Origin: Alphaproteobacteria bacterium
GTDB taxonomy: Bacteria > Pseudomonadota > Alphaproteobacteria > MPNO01
DNA: 64,000 bases
NCBI GenBank assembly: GCA_964291675.2
Contig: OZ219866.1
Location: 2,112,001-2,176,000, forward strand
Direction of reading: 5' to 3'
This document shows positions 30,219 to 40,138 of this stretch, in pieces. The notes under the pieces were generated by a model. The model worked only from the letters and a program-made list of their open reading frames with translations, was not told the DNA's origin and did no database searches. The stretch's first letter is position 1; each line of letters starts with the position of its first letter. Made by a program: the position numbers and the translations under genes.

Positions 30219-31523
30219 ATGCTGGCCTTCGTTATCTCCCTCGCGCTCATCGTCGTCCTGCTGCTCGCGGAGATGCCGATCGCCTTTGCCTTCGGGATCG
30301 GCGCGCTGGTCTTCGGCGTCTGGTCGGGTTCGGACGTGTCGTTCCTCATCCCCTACGCCTACCAGACGACGTCGAGCTTCGCCCTGCTCGCCCTGCCCCT
30401 GTTCGTCATGGCCGGCACGCTGATGGCCCAGGGCGGGATCTCCGACCGCCTGCTCGCCTTCGTCAACGCCTTCATCGGCCGGCTCAAGGGCGGGCTCGGG
30501 GCGGTGACGGTGGTGACCTGCGCGCTGTTCGGGGCGATCTCCGGCTCCTCGTCGGCCGCGATCGCGGCGATCGGCCAGATCATGATCCCGCGCATGATCC
30601 GGGAGGGATACCCGGCCGGCCACGCCACCGCGCTGGTCGCCTGTTCGTCGGTCCTTGCGCTGATGATCCCGCCCTCGATCCCGATGATCGTGTTCGCGGT
30701 GACCGGGGGGATCTCCGTAGGCGCGGCCTTCCTCTCGACCGTGATCCCGGGCGCCATCCTGACCCTCGTCTATGTCGGTCTCAACTTCCTGTTCCTGAGA
30801 AAGGTCGACACGATCGCCGTCGAGGAGCGGATTCCCCTGCCGCAGGCGGTGAGGCGGATCGGCCGGACCGGCAAGGAAGCCTTCTGGGCGCTGCTGATGC
30901 CGGTGATCATCCTCGGGACCATCTATTCCGGCATCGCGACGCCCACCGAGGCCGCCGCCATCGCGCTGGTCTTCGCGCTTGCCGTCGGGTTCCTGATCTA
31001 TCGCGGACTCACCTTCAGCAACTTCCCCTCGACCATCGCCCGCGCGGCGATCACCACCGGCTCGATCGTCGCGGTGCTGTTCTTCCTGTTCGTGATGAGC
31101 CGCGCGATGATCCTCCAGCAGGTCCCCAAGGAGGTCGCCGACGCCCTGGTGGCGCTGACCGAGAACCGGGTCATTGCGCTCTTGATTCTCAACGTGATCC
31201 TGCTGCTGATCGGAATGATCGTGGACGACGTCTCGGGCAGCGTGCTCGCGGCGATCGTGCTGTTACCCGTGGCGACCGAGATCGGCGTGCACCCGATCCA
31301 TTTTGCCGCCATCGTCGGCACCAATCTGGGCCTCGGGAACGTCTCCCCGCCCTGCGCGCCGATGCTCTACATGGCCGCCGGGGTCAGCAAGCTCACGCTC
31401 GACAAGTACTTCATGCCGACCATGAAGCTCCTGACCTTCGGCCATCTGCCGATGGTGATGATCGTCACCTTCGTCCCCGAGCTCTCGCTTACCCTGCCCC
31501 GGCTGGTTCTGGGGATCGCGTAG
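30219..31523 (+). CDS. dctM: TRAP large permease DctM
   Basis: LALPLFV, FGAISGSS, IPPSIPMIV, ATPTEAA. Confidence 0.92.
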   Translation: MLAFVISLALIVVLLLAEMPIAFAFGIGALVFGVWSGSDVSFLIPYAYQTTSSFALLALPLFVMAGTLMAQGGISDRLLAFVNAFIGRLKGGLGAVTVVTCALFGAISGSSSAAIAAIGQIMIPRMIREGYPAGHATALVACSSVLALMIPPSIPMIVFAVTGGISVGAAFLSTVIPGAILTLVYVGLNFLFLRKVDTIAVEERIPLPQAVRRIGRTGKEAFWALLMPVIILGTIYSGIATPTEAAAIALVFALAVGFLIYRGLTFSNFPSTIARAAITTGSIVAVLFFLFVMSRAMILQQVPKEVADALVALTENRVIALLILNVILLLIGMIVDDVSGSVLAAIVLLPVATEIGVHPIHFAAIVGTNLGLGNVSPPCAPMLYMAAGVSKLTLDKYFMPTMKLLTFGHLPMVMIVTFVPELSLTLPRLVLGIA

Positions 31524-31755
31524 CCGAACGAAGCGCGATCGGCGGGATGCGGGTCGGCGCGCATCGGCCGCCGGCATTCGATGCGACAGGATCGAACCGG
31601 GACTTCGATCGAATATCGGCCTCGGGGTTTACAGGCCCCGGCAACCGTGAACGGCGCCTCCGGGACCGGGTTTGCCCGCTTCGCCTTCCGCTCGGTAAGA
31701 TCGCGCCGGCACGCCGGACAGCGAGGCCGCGGGAAGACCGTGAAGGCGCCGCAGT

Positions 31756-32880
31756 ATGAAATTCAACTACTTCCACCTGATGCCGTGGACCGAGATCGAG
31801 GAGCCGGACCAGGACTGGCCGGTCGCCAACAGCAGGTTCGCGCCCGACCGCGCGACGGCGCTCTACGAGACCTATATCGACACCATGGTGTATGCCGAGG
31901 CGTGCGGGTTCGACTGGATCGGCTGCAACGAGCACCATTTCAGCCCCTACGGGCTGATGTCGAACTGCAATCTGATCGGATCGGTGCTGATCCAGCGCAC
32001 CGAGCGCGCGCGCATCGCCATGTTCGGCAATCTGGTGCCGCTGCTCAACCCGATCCGCGTGGCCGAGGAATACGCCATGCTCGACGTGATGTCGGGCGGG
32101 AGGCTGATCGCGGGCTTCATGCGCGGCATTCCGCACGAATACGTCGCCTACAACGTCGCGCCCGGCGAGTCCTGGGAACGGCTCGACGAGGCGTCGGAGC
32201 TGATCCTCAAGGCCTGGACCGAGCCCGAGCCCTTCGGCTGGGAGGGGAAGCACTACAAGTACCGCGCGGTCTCGATCTGGCCGCGCCCGATCCAGCAGCC
32301 CCACCCGCCGATCCTGATGTCGGCGAGCAGCCCGGAATCGGCGCGTTTCGCCGCGCGCCACCGGGCCAAGATGGGCATGGTGATGCTGACCGACGTCGAG
32401 GCCGCGAAGGACTGCATCCGGATCTACAGGGAGACCGCGCGGGAGCATGGCTGGGAGCCCGCGCTCGACGACATCCTGATCGGCGCGCATACCTGCGTCG
32501 CCGAGGACGACGAGCAGGCAAGGCGCCATCTCGGCGGCGGGCTCGACTACTTCTATCACGTGCTGTTCGGCGGGCCGCGGACGGCGCAGCGCCTGGTGAT
32601 CCAGAAGACGCGGTTCTACGAGGACGAAGCCAACCGCAGGAACATCGGCGAACGGCTCGCGGCGTTGCGCGGAACCACCATCGAGGAACGCGTCGACCGC
32701 GGGCTGGTACTGTGCGGCACGCCCGACCGGGTGGTCGAGCAGATCCGGCATCTGAAGGCTGAGCTCGGCCACGGCGTGATGAACATCAACATGAAGATCG
32801 GCAACATCTCCGATGCCGTGGTGCGCCGCAGCATGAAGCTGTGGGGCGAACATGTCGCGCCCGCGGTGCGCGATCTCTGA
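31756..32880 (+). CDS. Luciferase-like (LLM) flavin-dependent monooxygenase
   Basis: NEHH, NPIRVAEEYAMLDVMSGGRL, WPRPIQQPHPPI. Confidence 0.92.
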   Translation: MKFNYFHLMPWTEIEEPDQDWPVANSRFAPDRATALYETYIDTMVYAEACGFDWIGCNEHHFSPYGLMSNCNLIGSVLIQRTERARIAMFGNLVPLLNPIRVAEEYAMLDVMSGGRLIAGFMRGIPHEYVAYNVAPGESWERLDEASELILKAWTEPEPFGWEGKHYKYRAVSIWPRPIQQPHPPILMSASSPESARFAARHRAKMGMVMLTDVEAAKDCIRIYRETAREHGWEPALDDILIGAHTCVAEDDEQARRHLGGGLDYFYHVLFGGPRTAQRLVIQKTRFYEDEANRRNIGERLAALRGTTIEERVDRGLVLCGTPDRVVEQIRHLKAELGHGVMNINMKIGNISDAVVRRSMKLWGEHVAPAVRDL

Positions 32881-32909
32881 CCGGGTCCCGGGCGGCCAGG
32901 AGGGACGAC

Positions 32910-33695
32910 ATGACGTTCGAGGAACATAGCGTCGACCTGTCGAGCGGCCCTTTGGCCTATCACGTCGCCGGCGACGGCCCGCCGGTGATCCACATGCACG
33001 CCGCGTCGGGGTTTCGCGCGACCGCCGCGCTAAAAGCCCTGGCGCGATCGTTCCGCATCTTCGCGCCGGTGACGCCGGGCTTCGACGGCACCGCAACCCA
33101 TGACGGCGTGGCGTCGATGGAGGCGCTCGCCCGCCTCGACGCCGAGTTCGCCGATACCGTCATCGGCGAGACGACCGATGTCATCGGACACTCCTTCGGC
33201 GGCTGGCGGGCGGCCTGGTACACGGTCCTGCATCCGCAAGAGGTCGGCCAGCTCGTGCTCGAATGCCCCGCCGGGTTCCGGGAAGAGGGGGCCGGCGGGC
33301 TGTCCCCCGACCCCGAGGAATTGCAGCGCCGGCTCTACGCCCACCCGGAGAAGGCGCCGCCGGAGACCAAACCCGAGCCCGTGCTGTCCCGCAACCGGCA
33401 AACGCCCGCCCACTATCACGGCGGCAGGGCGATGGACGAGGCGCTGGTCGAAAGGCTCGGCGACATCGAAGCCTTGACGCTGGTCCTGCACGGCACCAGG
33501 GACGGCGTCGTTCCGGCCTCCGGCGCGCGGCTGCTGAAGAACCGCATCCCGCGTTGCTTCCTGATCTACGTCTACGACGCGGCGCACGCGATCGAGGTGG
33601 ATCAGCCCGAAAACTTCGTCGGCCTGGTCACGGACTTCCTCGCCCGCGGCGAGGCCTTCCTGGTTAATCCAGGGGCCGGCGACCGGGCGGCGTGA
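32910..33695 (+). CDS. Alpha/beta hydrolase
   Basis: GHSFGG nucleophile, HGTRD, AAHAI triad; AGGAGG RBS. Confidence 0.87.
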   Translation: MTFEEHSVDLSSGPLAYHVAGDGPPVIHMHAASGFRATAALKALARSFRIFAPVTPGFDGTATHDGVASMEALARLDAEFADTVIGETTDVIGHSFGGWRAAWYTVLHPQEVGQLVLECPAGFREEGAGGLSPDPEELQRRLYAHPEKAPPETKPEPVLSRNRQTPAHYHGGRAMDEALVERLGDIEALTLVLHGTRDGVVPASGARLLKNRIPRCFLIYVYDAAHAIEVDQPENFVGLVTDFLARGEAFLVNPGAGDRAA

Positions 33696-33732
33696 CGTCC
33701 CGCGCCGGCGCCTGTGCGAAACGGAGACCGTC

Positions 33733-34797
33733 ATGGCACGGGTCCTGAACTACGAGATCGCCTGCTTGCAGACGCGCTCGCGCGCGGTCGCGCTCGACGA
33801 AGCGCAACGCGACCGCGACATCCGCGAGAACATCGCGCGGATCGGCGAGATGATCGACTACGTGACCGCGTTCGGGAATTCGGACGTGCGCCTGGTGGTG
33901 CTTCCCGAATACGCGATCAACGCGCGCTGGCAGAGGCTCGATCTGGAGGACTGGTTCCGGCTCTGCACCACGATTCCCGGACCCTATACCGACCTCTTGG
34001 GCGAGAAGGCGAAGCAGCGGAACGTCTTCATCGCGGCCAATCTGTTCGAGCTGCACCCCGACTTTCCGCGCCGGTTCTTCAACACGTCCTTCCTGATCGA
34101 CCCGTCCGGCGCGGTGATCCTCAAGCACTGGAAGAACAACAACAACGCCTGGGTGTTCCCCTACACCACGCCGTCCGACATCTATACCGAGTTCTGCGCC
34201 AGGTTCGGACGCGAAAGCCTGTTCCCGGTCGCCCGCACCGAGATCGGCAATATCGGCCTGATCACCTGCGGCGAGCTCGGCTTTCCCGAGAACGCGCGCT
34301 GCACGATGATGAACGGCGCCGAGATCCTCGCCCATCTGACATCCGAGCCGCACAACATGAGCCACGGCGACGTGTACAACTGGGAGGCCTACCGCATGAC
34401 CCGGGCCTATGAGAACAAGTGCTATCTCGCGGCGGCCAATATCGGCATGTACGAGGGCGCGACGCGGGGGCTTCACGGCAGCCACGGGGATTCCGGCATC
34501 TATTCCTTCGACGGCGGGTGCATCAACCGGATCCGGGGCGCCGGCGAGGCGACCATCAAGGCGCCGGTCGACATGAACGCCCTGCGCCGCGCCCGCGCCA
34601 GGCCGTTTCATCCCGTGACCATCCGTGCCGAGATGTATGCCAGGGAGTACGCGGCGTCCGTCGGCTGGCCCAATGACGGGTTCGCCGACAAGCCGATAGA
34701 GAGCATCGAGGAGACCAGGGCGCAGTTCCGCCGTCTGGTCGAGGAGCGCCGGGCGAGGGGGATCGACATCGCGCCCCGCGAATGGCCCGACGATTGA
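33733..34797 (+). CDS. Nitrilase/carbon-nitrogen hydrolase
   Basis: E-K-C triad: VLPEY, LKHWK, ITCGE; RAYEN. Confidence 0.88.
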   Translation: MARVLNYEIACLQTRSRAVALDEAQRDRDIRENIARIGEMIDYVTAFGNSDVRLVVLPEYAINARWQRLDLEDWFRLCTTIPGPYTDLLGEKAKQRNVFIAANLFELHPDFPRRFFNTSFLIDPSGAVILKHWKNNNNAWVFPYTTPSDIYTEFCARFGRESLFPVARTEIGNIGLITCGELGFPENARCTMMNGAEILAHLTSEPHNMSHGDVYNWEAYRMTRAYENKCYLAAANIGMYEGATRGLHGSHGDSGIYSFDGGCINRIRGAGEATIKAPVDMNALRRARARPFHPVTIRAEMYAREYAASVGWPNDGFADKPIESIEETRAQFRRLVEERRARGIDIAPREWPDD

Positions 34798-34890
34798 TCC
34801 CGCCGCCCGCCGCCGCACCGGTTCGGAAAACGCGAAAGACCTGTATCATTCCCGCCGGATCGCGAGTCGAGACGGCGCCAGGGAGGAGCC

Positions 34891-36075
34891 ATGCGGGCCG
34901 GATACCGGGTCATCGACGTCGACAGCCACGTGACGCCGTCCCTCGAGGTGCTGCACCGCCACGCCGACGCGGGGCTGAAAGCGCGCTGGGACGAGCTCGC
35001 GCCGTTCATGCGGACCATGAATTCTCCGCCGGGCCGCGGCCATCCCGACGAGCCCTGGACGACGCTCAAGATCAACCCGATCCCCTACGACCGCGTGGCG
35101 GGCCGCAAGGGCGATGCCGGGGAGGCGCGGAAGGGCGGTGCCGGTGCGCTCGCCGGCCGCGTGCAGAACATTGCCAAGGAAACCTGCAGCCCGCGGATAC
35201 AGCACGACAACAGCACCGGCCGGCTGGCGGACATGGACCGGGAGGGGGTCGACGTCAACTGCCTGATCCCCGGCACCTGGGCGTCGGCCGCGACCGCGCT
35301 CGACCCGTCCCTCGCCGTCGGTCTCTACGGCGCCTATCACGAGTACATGGCCGCGTTCTGCGCCGCCGATCCCGATCGCCTAAAGGGCCTGCTGCTGGCC
35401 CCGGCCGCCGACGTGGACTGGGCGGCGGCCGAGATCCGGCGCCGCGGCGGCGAGAAATGGGTGTCCTGCGTGTGGCCCGTGCTGCCCGAGGGCACCCCGA
35501 TCGACGACCCCGACCACGAGCCGATCTGGCAGGCGATGAACGATTTCCACCTGCCGATCATGCATCACAGCTTCTTCTACGAGCCGCCCTACTTCCCCGG
35601 CTATCGCGACATCTGGGGCAACGCGGCGGTCGCCCGCGTGGCGGCCCATCCCTGGGGCGCGCAGCGGCTTCTGGCCTATGTGATCTGCGGCGGCATCCTC
35701 GACCGCTACCCCGACATCAAGGTCGGGTTCTCGGAGACCGGGCACGGCTGGCTGCCCTACTGGGTGCTGCGCCTGGACAGCCAGGTGGAGTACGTCACGG
35801 GAGCCGTGCCCGCGCTCGCGATGAAGCCCTCCGACTACGTCCGCGCCGGGCGCGTCTTCTGCGCGATCGAGACCCACGAGGGACCCGACATGACCAGGGC
35901 GGTGATCGACGTGCTGGGCGACGGCTGCCTGATGTACGCGTCCGACTTCCCGCACCCGGAATGCGACTGGCCGCGCTCGGTCGACAATGTGCTCGCCTGG
36001 TCGAACGCGATCGGCCCCGCGGCCATGCAAAAGCTGCTTGCCGGCAATGCCGACCGGTTTCTCAGGATGCTCTGA
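34891..36075 (+). CDS. Amidohydrolase_2-family protein (decarboxylase/hydratase-like)
   Basis: IDVDSH, RLADMDREGVD, ETGHGWLP, YASDFPH. Confidence 0.88.
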   Translation: MRAGYRVIDVDSHVTPSLEVLHRHADAGLKARWDELAPFMRTMNSPPGRGHPDEPWTTLKINPIPYDRVAGRKGDAGEARKGGAGALAGRVQNIAKETCSPRIQHDNSTGRLADMDREGVDVNCLIPGTWASAATALDPSLAVGLYGAYHEYMAAFCAADPDRLKGLLLAPAADVDWAAAEIRRRGGEKWVSCVWPVLPEGTPIDDPDHEPIWQAMNDFHLPIMHHSFFYEPPYFPGYRDIWGNAAVARVAAHPWGAQRLLAYVICGGILDRYPDIKVGFSETGHGWLPYWVLRLDSQVEYVTGAVPALAMKPSDYVRAGRVFCAIETHEGPDMTRAVIDVLGDGCLMYASDFPHPECDWPRSVDNVLAWSNAIGPAAMQKLLAGNADRFLRML

Positions 36076-36086
36076 GGCGGGGCATT

Positions 36087-36500
36087 GTGAACTACGACCG
36101 CGCGCTCGAGATCATGCTGAAGGCCAAGCAGGTGGGCGAGGACCACGGCCTGGAGGTGAGCGTCGCCGTGGTGGATTCCGCCGGCCACCCGGTCGTGGTC
36201 GCGCGCGGCCGGGAGACCGCCTGGCACGGCCCCTATATGGCGACCGGCAAGGCGCGGCTGTCGGCGGCCTTCCGCAAGCCGACCGATGCCCTGATGGAGC
36301 AGTGGAAGGACCGGCCGATGTTCCCGCTCAGCCTGACCGAAGTCATCCCCGGCGGGGTGACGCTGAATGCCGGTGGACACCCCATCTTCGACGGCGAAGA
36401 ATGTATCGGCGCGATCGGCATCGGCGGCGGCTCGCCGGCGAATGACGGCAAGATCGCCCGTCTGACGGTCGAGGCCGTGGGCGGCCTGCCGCCGGTCTGA
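36087..36500 (+). CDS. GlcG/HbpS-family heme-binding protein
   Basis: VSVAVVDSAG, KARLSAAF, GG.PI...IGAIGIGG. Confidence 0.85.
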   Translation: MNYDRALEIMLKAKQVGEDHGLEVSVAVVDSAGHPVVVARGRETAWHGPYMATGKARLSAAFRKPTDALMEQWKDRPMFPLSLTEVIPGGVTLNAGGHPIFDGEECIGAIGIGGGSPANDGKIARLTVEAVGGLPPV

Positions 36501-36513
36501 GCGAGGGAGGCCG

Positions 36514-36828
36514 ATGTCGTCCTACGAGCTCAACAAGGCGATCCACCATATCTATATCGATCGCGACCGGACGATGGCCTTCCGGGACGGCGACTACGCG
36601 ATGCTCGACCGCTTCGGGCTCGACGAGGACGAGCGCGCGGCCCTGGTCGGGCGGGACTTCCCGCTTCTGTGGGCGATGGACGTGCACCCCGTCCTGCTGT
36701 TCCACCTCTCCGCGGTCCTCAACCCGCGCGAGTGGTATGTCAGGGAGGTGGTCCCGAAGATCCGGGACATACCCAATAGCTGGTACGACTACTACAGCCC
36801 GCCGCGGGACGCGGGCCAGGGGGGGTGA
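36514..36828 (+). CDS. LigA-like small subunit of an extradiol ring-cleavage dioxygenase
   Basis: YELNK...FGLDEDERAAL..RD...L....VHP; coupled to a LigB-like gene. Confidence 0.72.
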   Translation: MSSYELNKAIHHIYIDRDRTMAFRDGDYAMLDRFGLDEDERAALVGRDFPLLWAMDVHPVLLFHLSAVLNPREWYVREVVPKIRDIPNSWYDYYSPPRDAGQGG

Positions 36829-37664
36829 TGGCGAGCACCGTCTGCGTCATCGCATCGACCCACAATCCGCGGATCTTCTGGAACCGCGACAACGCCGACG
36901 AGCAGGACCTCGCGGAGCTCGAAGACGCCTTCGGCGTGCTCCGCCAGGGGCTCGCCGAGGCCGCGCCCGATGCGATCGTCGTGGTGGCCAACGACCATCT
37001 CGACAATTTCTTCTTCGACAACCTGCCGTCCTTCGCGGTCGCCACCGGCCCGGTCGCCGAGGGGCCGTTCTGGTACGAATCCGAGATCATGCACCTGCCG
37101 TCCTATCGCTGCGCGGTGCATCAGGATCTCGCCCAGGACATCCTGCGGCGGGGCGCGGAGAACGGCATCTCGTTCTCCCAGGTCCACGAGTTCACCATCG
37201 ACCACGCCTTCACCCTGCCGCTCTCCTATGTGCGGCCGGAACAGGACATCCCGATCGTCCCGATCATCTCCAACGCCTTCGGCTATCCGATCCCCAACAC
37301 GAGGCGCTGGTATGCGCTGGGCGAGCTGATCGCGGAGGCGATCGACGCCCGCCCGGCCGACGAGCGCATCGCGGTAATCGGCTCGTTCAACCTCACCGTC
37401 GAGGTGGGCGGCCCGAAGATGGGCAACTACAACCAGGACTTCAATCGCTGGGTGATCCGGCAGATGAGCGACGGCGCGAAGGACACGATCCTCGACTCCC
37501 TCTCCGTGCCCCGGCTGATCCGGGAGGGCAACTCGACGGCGGAGTTCCTCAACTATGTTACGGTCCTCGGCGTGGTCGCCGACCGCAAGCCCGACTTCAT
37601 CCGCCACAAGCCGGTGCGCGGCGTCGGTACCTGCCCGGTAGCGCTCTGGAAGGGCGCGGCCTGA
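36825..37664 (+). CDS. LigB-like (class III extradiol dioxygenase) protein
   Basis: STHNP, NDHLDNFFFD, IDHAFTLPL, GNSTAEFLNY. Confidence 0.85.
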   Translation: MMASTVCVIASTHNPRIFWNRDNADEQDLAELEDAFGVLRQGLAEAAPDAIVVVANDHLDNFFFDNLPSFAVATGPVAEGPFWYESEIMHLPSYRCAVHQDLAQDILRRGAENGISFSQVHEFTIDHAFTLPLSYVRPEQDIPIVPIISNAFGYPIPNTRRWYALGELIAEAIDARPADERIAVIGSFNLTVEVGGPKMGNYNQDFNRWVIRQMSDGAKDTILDSLSVPRLIREGNSTAEFLNYVTVLGVVADRKPDFIRHKPVRGVGTCPVALWKGAA

Positions 37665-37680
37665 AACCGAAGAGAGTCGC

Positions 37681-38073
37681 ATGGCGCCCGTCAAGCAACC
37701 GATCCGCACCGATGCCGCGCCGACGCCGACCGGGCCGTTCAACCAGGCCGTCCGCGTCGGCAATCTGGTGTTCACCTCGGGCCAGGCCGGCCGCAACCGC
37801 GAGACCGGCGAGATGGGCGACATCCGCGACCAGGCCAGGCGCTGCATCGGCAATATCGAGGCGATCCTCGGCGCGGCCGGCGCCTCGCTCGCCGACGTGG
37901 TCAAGGTGACCGTCTATCTCCGCGATGCCGGGGATGCGCCGGCCTTCAACGACGAATACCGCAAGCTGATGCCGGAGCCGCTGCCCGCCCGCTCGTCGGC
38001 CTATGTGGGGCTCAAGAACCCCGACATGCTGGTCGAGATGGAGGCCGTCGCGGTTCTGCCCGAGAAACCGTAG
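37681..38073 (+). CDS. RidA/YjgF-family protein
   Basis: GPFNQAV, FTSGQ, VVKVTVYL, PARS, VEMEAVA. Confidence 0.92.
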   Translation: MAPVKQPIRTDAAPTPTGPFNQAVRVGNLVFTSGQAGRNRETGEMGDIRDQARRCIGNIEAILGAAGASLADVVKVTVYLRDAGDAPAFNDEYRKLMPEPLPARSSAYVGLKNPDMLVEMEAVAVLPEKP

Positions 38074-38087
38074 GGAGACGGATCGCG

Positions 38088-38933
38088 ATGCCGACGGTGG
38101 AGCTGCGCAGCGGACTCAACATGTATTACGAGATCCATGGCGAGGGCGACCCGCTGGTCCTGATCGCCGGCACCGGCTCCCATCTGCACAAGTGGCACCT
38201 CTACCAGGTCCCGTATTTCAGCCGGCACTACCGGACCGTTGTCTTCGATCACCGCGGCACCGGCAAGTCGGACAAGCCCGACATCGAGTATTCGATCCCG
38301 ATGTTCGCCGCGGATCTGTGCGACCTGCTCGATGCGCTCGGTATCGCCCGGGCGCATATCCTGGGGCATTCGATGGGCGGGCAGGTGGCGCAGCAATTCG
38401 CCATCGACTACCCCGACAAGACGCACGGGCTGGTGCTGTCCGAGACCGGGTCCGGGCCGTTCCCGGGCTACGACTTCCCGCGCGGCATCCCGCTCCAGAC
38501 CTGCCTCACCTTCGCCAGGGTCGACGGCTCGGTCGCCGAACGGCTCAAGGACTCCCATCTCGGCGAGTTCTGGTACACGCCGGAATTCCGCAAGAACAAC
38601 CCCGAGATCATGCAGAAGATCCTCGATCTCGCGATGATGGAGCCGCCGCCGCTAAAGCCCTATCTGCGCCACATCGTCGCGCGCCAGAACCACAACGTGA
38701 CCGACAAGCTCGACCGCATCGTCGCGCCCACGCTGATCGTCGTCGGCGACGAGGACCGGTTCGCCGAGGGCACGGGCGATTTCGTCAAGCAGACCCGGCA
38801 CCTGCACGGCAGGATCAGGGGCTCCAGGTTCTTCATGGTGCCGAACGCGCGCCACGGCGTGTTCTGGGAGCATCCGGAGCTGGTGAATTCGACCATCCAC
38901 GCGTTTCTGAGCGAGCTTGAGGAGGACAGGTGA
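38088..38933 (+). CDS. Alpha/beta hydrolase (PcaD/RutD-like)
   Basis: FDHRGTGKS, GHSMGG, VGDED, ARHG. Confidence 0.88.
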   Translation: MPTVELRSGLNMYYEIHGEGDPLVLIAGTGSHLHKWHLYQVPYFSRHYRTVVFDHRGTGKSDKPDIEYSIPMFAADLCDLLDALGIARAHILGHSMGGQVAQQFAIDYPDKTHGLVLSETGSGPFPGYDFPRGIPLQTCLTFARVDGSVAERLKDSHLGEFWYTPEFRKNNPEIMQKILDLAMMEPPPLKPYLRHIVARQNHNVTDKLDRIVAPTLIVVGDEDRFAEGTGDFVKQTRHLHGRIRGSRFFMVPNARHGVFWEHPELVNSTIHAFLSELEEDR

Positions 38934-38979
38934 GACCGGGCTGGCCGGCCAGGCCGCCAACCGATCCAGGGAGGAAACG

Positions 38980-40074
38980 ATGAAATTTCGCCACGCCACG
39001 ACAGCGTTGCTCACCGCCGGAGCCGCCGCGCTCCTCGCCGCGCCGGCCGGCGCCGACATGCTTTCGGAGCTGGTCGCCGGTGCGAAGAAGGAGTCGTCGC
39101 TCCGCGTGACGCTGCACCCGACGATTGCACCCGACACCGCCAGGAAGGTCGCGGCCGCGTTCAACGCGGCCTATGGGCTCTCGATCGACGTGAAGCCCGA
39201 CCTGACCGGGCGCTATTCCGGCAAGGCCGCCAAGGGCGCCATCGAGTACAAGAGCGGCGGCAAGCCCTCCTATGACGTGATGGTGCTGAACGAGAGCGCC
39301 TTCATGACGCTCGCCGCGGCCGATGCGCTGGTCAAGATCGACGGCTGGCAGGACATGCTGCCCAAGGGCACGGATCCCGCCAAGGCGAGCCCGGGGCCGA
39401 TCGCCGGGGTCGGCTTCAAGTGCTGCGACCTCTACTGGGGCTTCTCCTACAACCCGGACAAGTTCGACAGCGCCAGGTTGCCGCTCGCGATGAAGGATCT
39501 GGGCGGCGCCGGCAAGGCCGCCATCACCCTGTTCGCGAGCAACATCACGGCGGCGATCCTGAAATACGACGCGGCCACGCTGGTCGGCTACGCCAAGGCC
39601 TGGGGGGCGGCCAAGGTCAAGCGCCTGCACCCCACCGCGATGGCCCAGCGCGTGGCGCTCGGCGAGTTCGCCCTCGGCGGCTTCCAGTCGACCGAACAGT
39701 TCCTCGACGCCAGGCAGAAGGGCGCCAAGCTGTCGATCGCGATGTTCAAGGATTTCGTGCCCCACGGGGTCCTGCTGCATGCCGTCCGCAAGGGCACCGG
39801 CAGTCCCAACGCGGCCAAGCTGTTCGTGATGTGGACCACCGGGCCGGACGCCATCGAGGCGATGAGCGAGGGCAACAATCTCGGCAACGCCGATTACGGC
39901 GGCAACGAGGCGATAGAGATCGCGCGGCGCGAGTCGGAGAAGGTCGGCGTGGTCCCCGCGTCGTTCTTCGATTCGGCCGAGAACTACGGGAAGCTCCAGT
40001 GGCTGGCGACCAGGGCCGGAAAGAAGTTCACCGGCCAGCTTGTTCGTGCCATCAAGGGCTCCAAGAAGAAATAG
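38980..40074 (+). CDS. ABC substrate-binding protein (AfuA/Fe3+-polyamine-thiamine group)
   Basis: Signal peptide; GAKKE, SPNAAKLFV; GGAGG RBS. Confidence 0.78.
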   Translation: MKFRHATTALLTAGAAALLAAPAGADMLSELVAGAKKESSLRVTLHPTIAPDTARKVAAAFNAAYGLSIDVKPDLTGRYSGKAAKGAIEYKSGGKPSYDVMVLNESAFMTLAAADALVKIDGWQDMLPKGTDPAKASPGPIAGVGFKCCDLYWGFSYNPDKFDSARLPLAMKDLGGAGKAAITLFASNITAAILKYDAATLVGYAKAWGAAKVKRLHPTAMAQRVALGEFALGGFQSTEQFLDARQKGAKLSIAMFKDFVPHGVLLHAVRKGTGSPNAAKLFVMWTTGPDAIEAMSEGNNLGNADYGGNEAIEIARRESEKVGVVPASFFDSAENYGKLQWLATRAGKKFTGQLVRAIKGSKKK

Positions 40075-40138
40075 CACGCGCGGCGGCGTGCGGCGCGCAG
40101 CCCGGCAGTCCGCACGCCGCCCCGTCCCCAAGCCGCCA

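Noticed and set aside
31625-31640. TTACAGGCC as an att duplication of the rnpB 3' end
   Set aside because: Only about 9 bp, part of a local hairpin, and no integrase in the window
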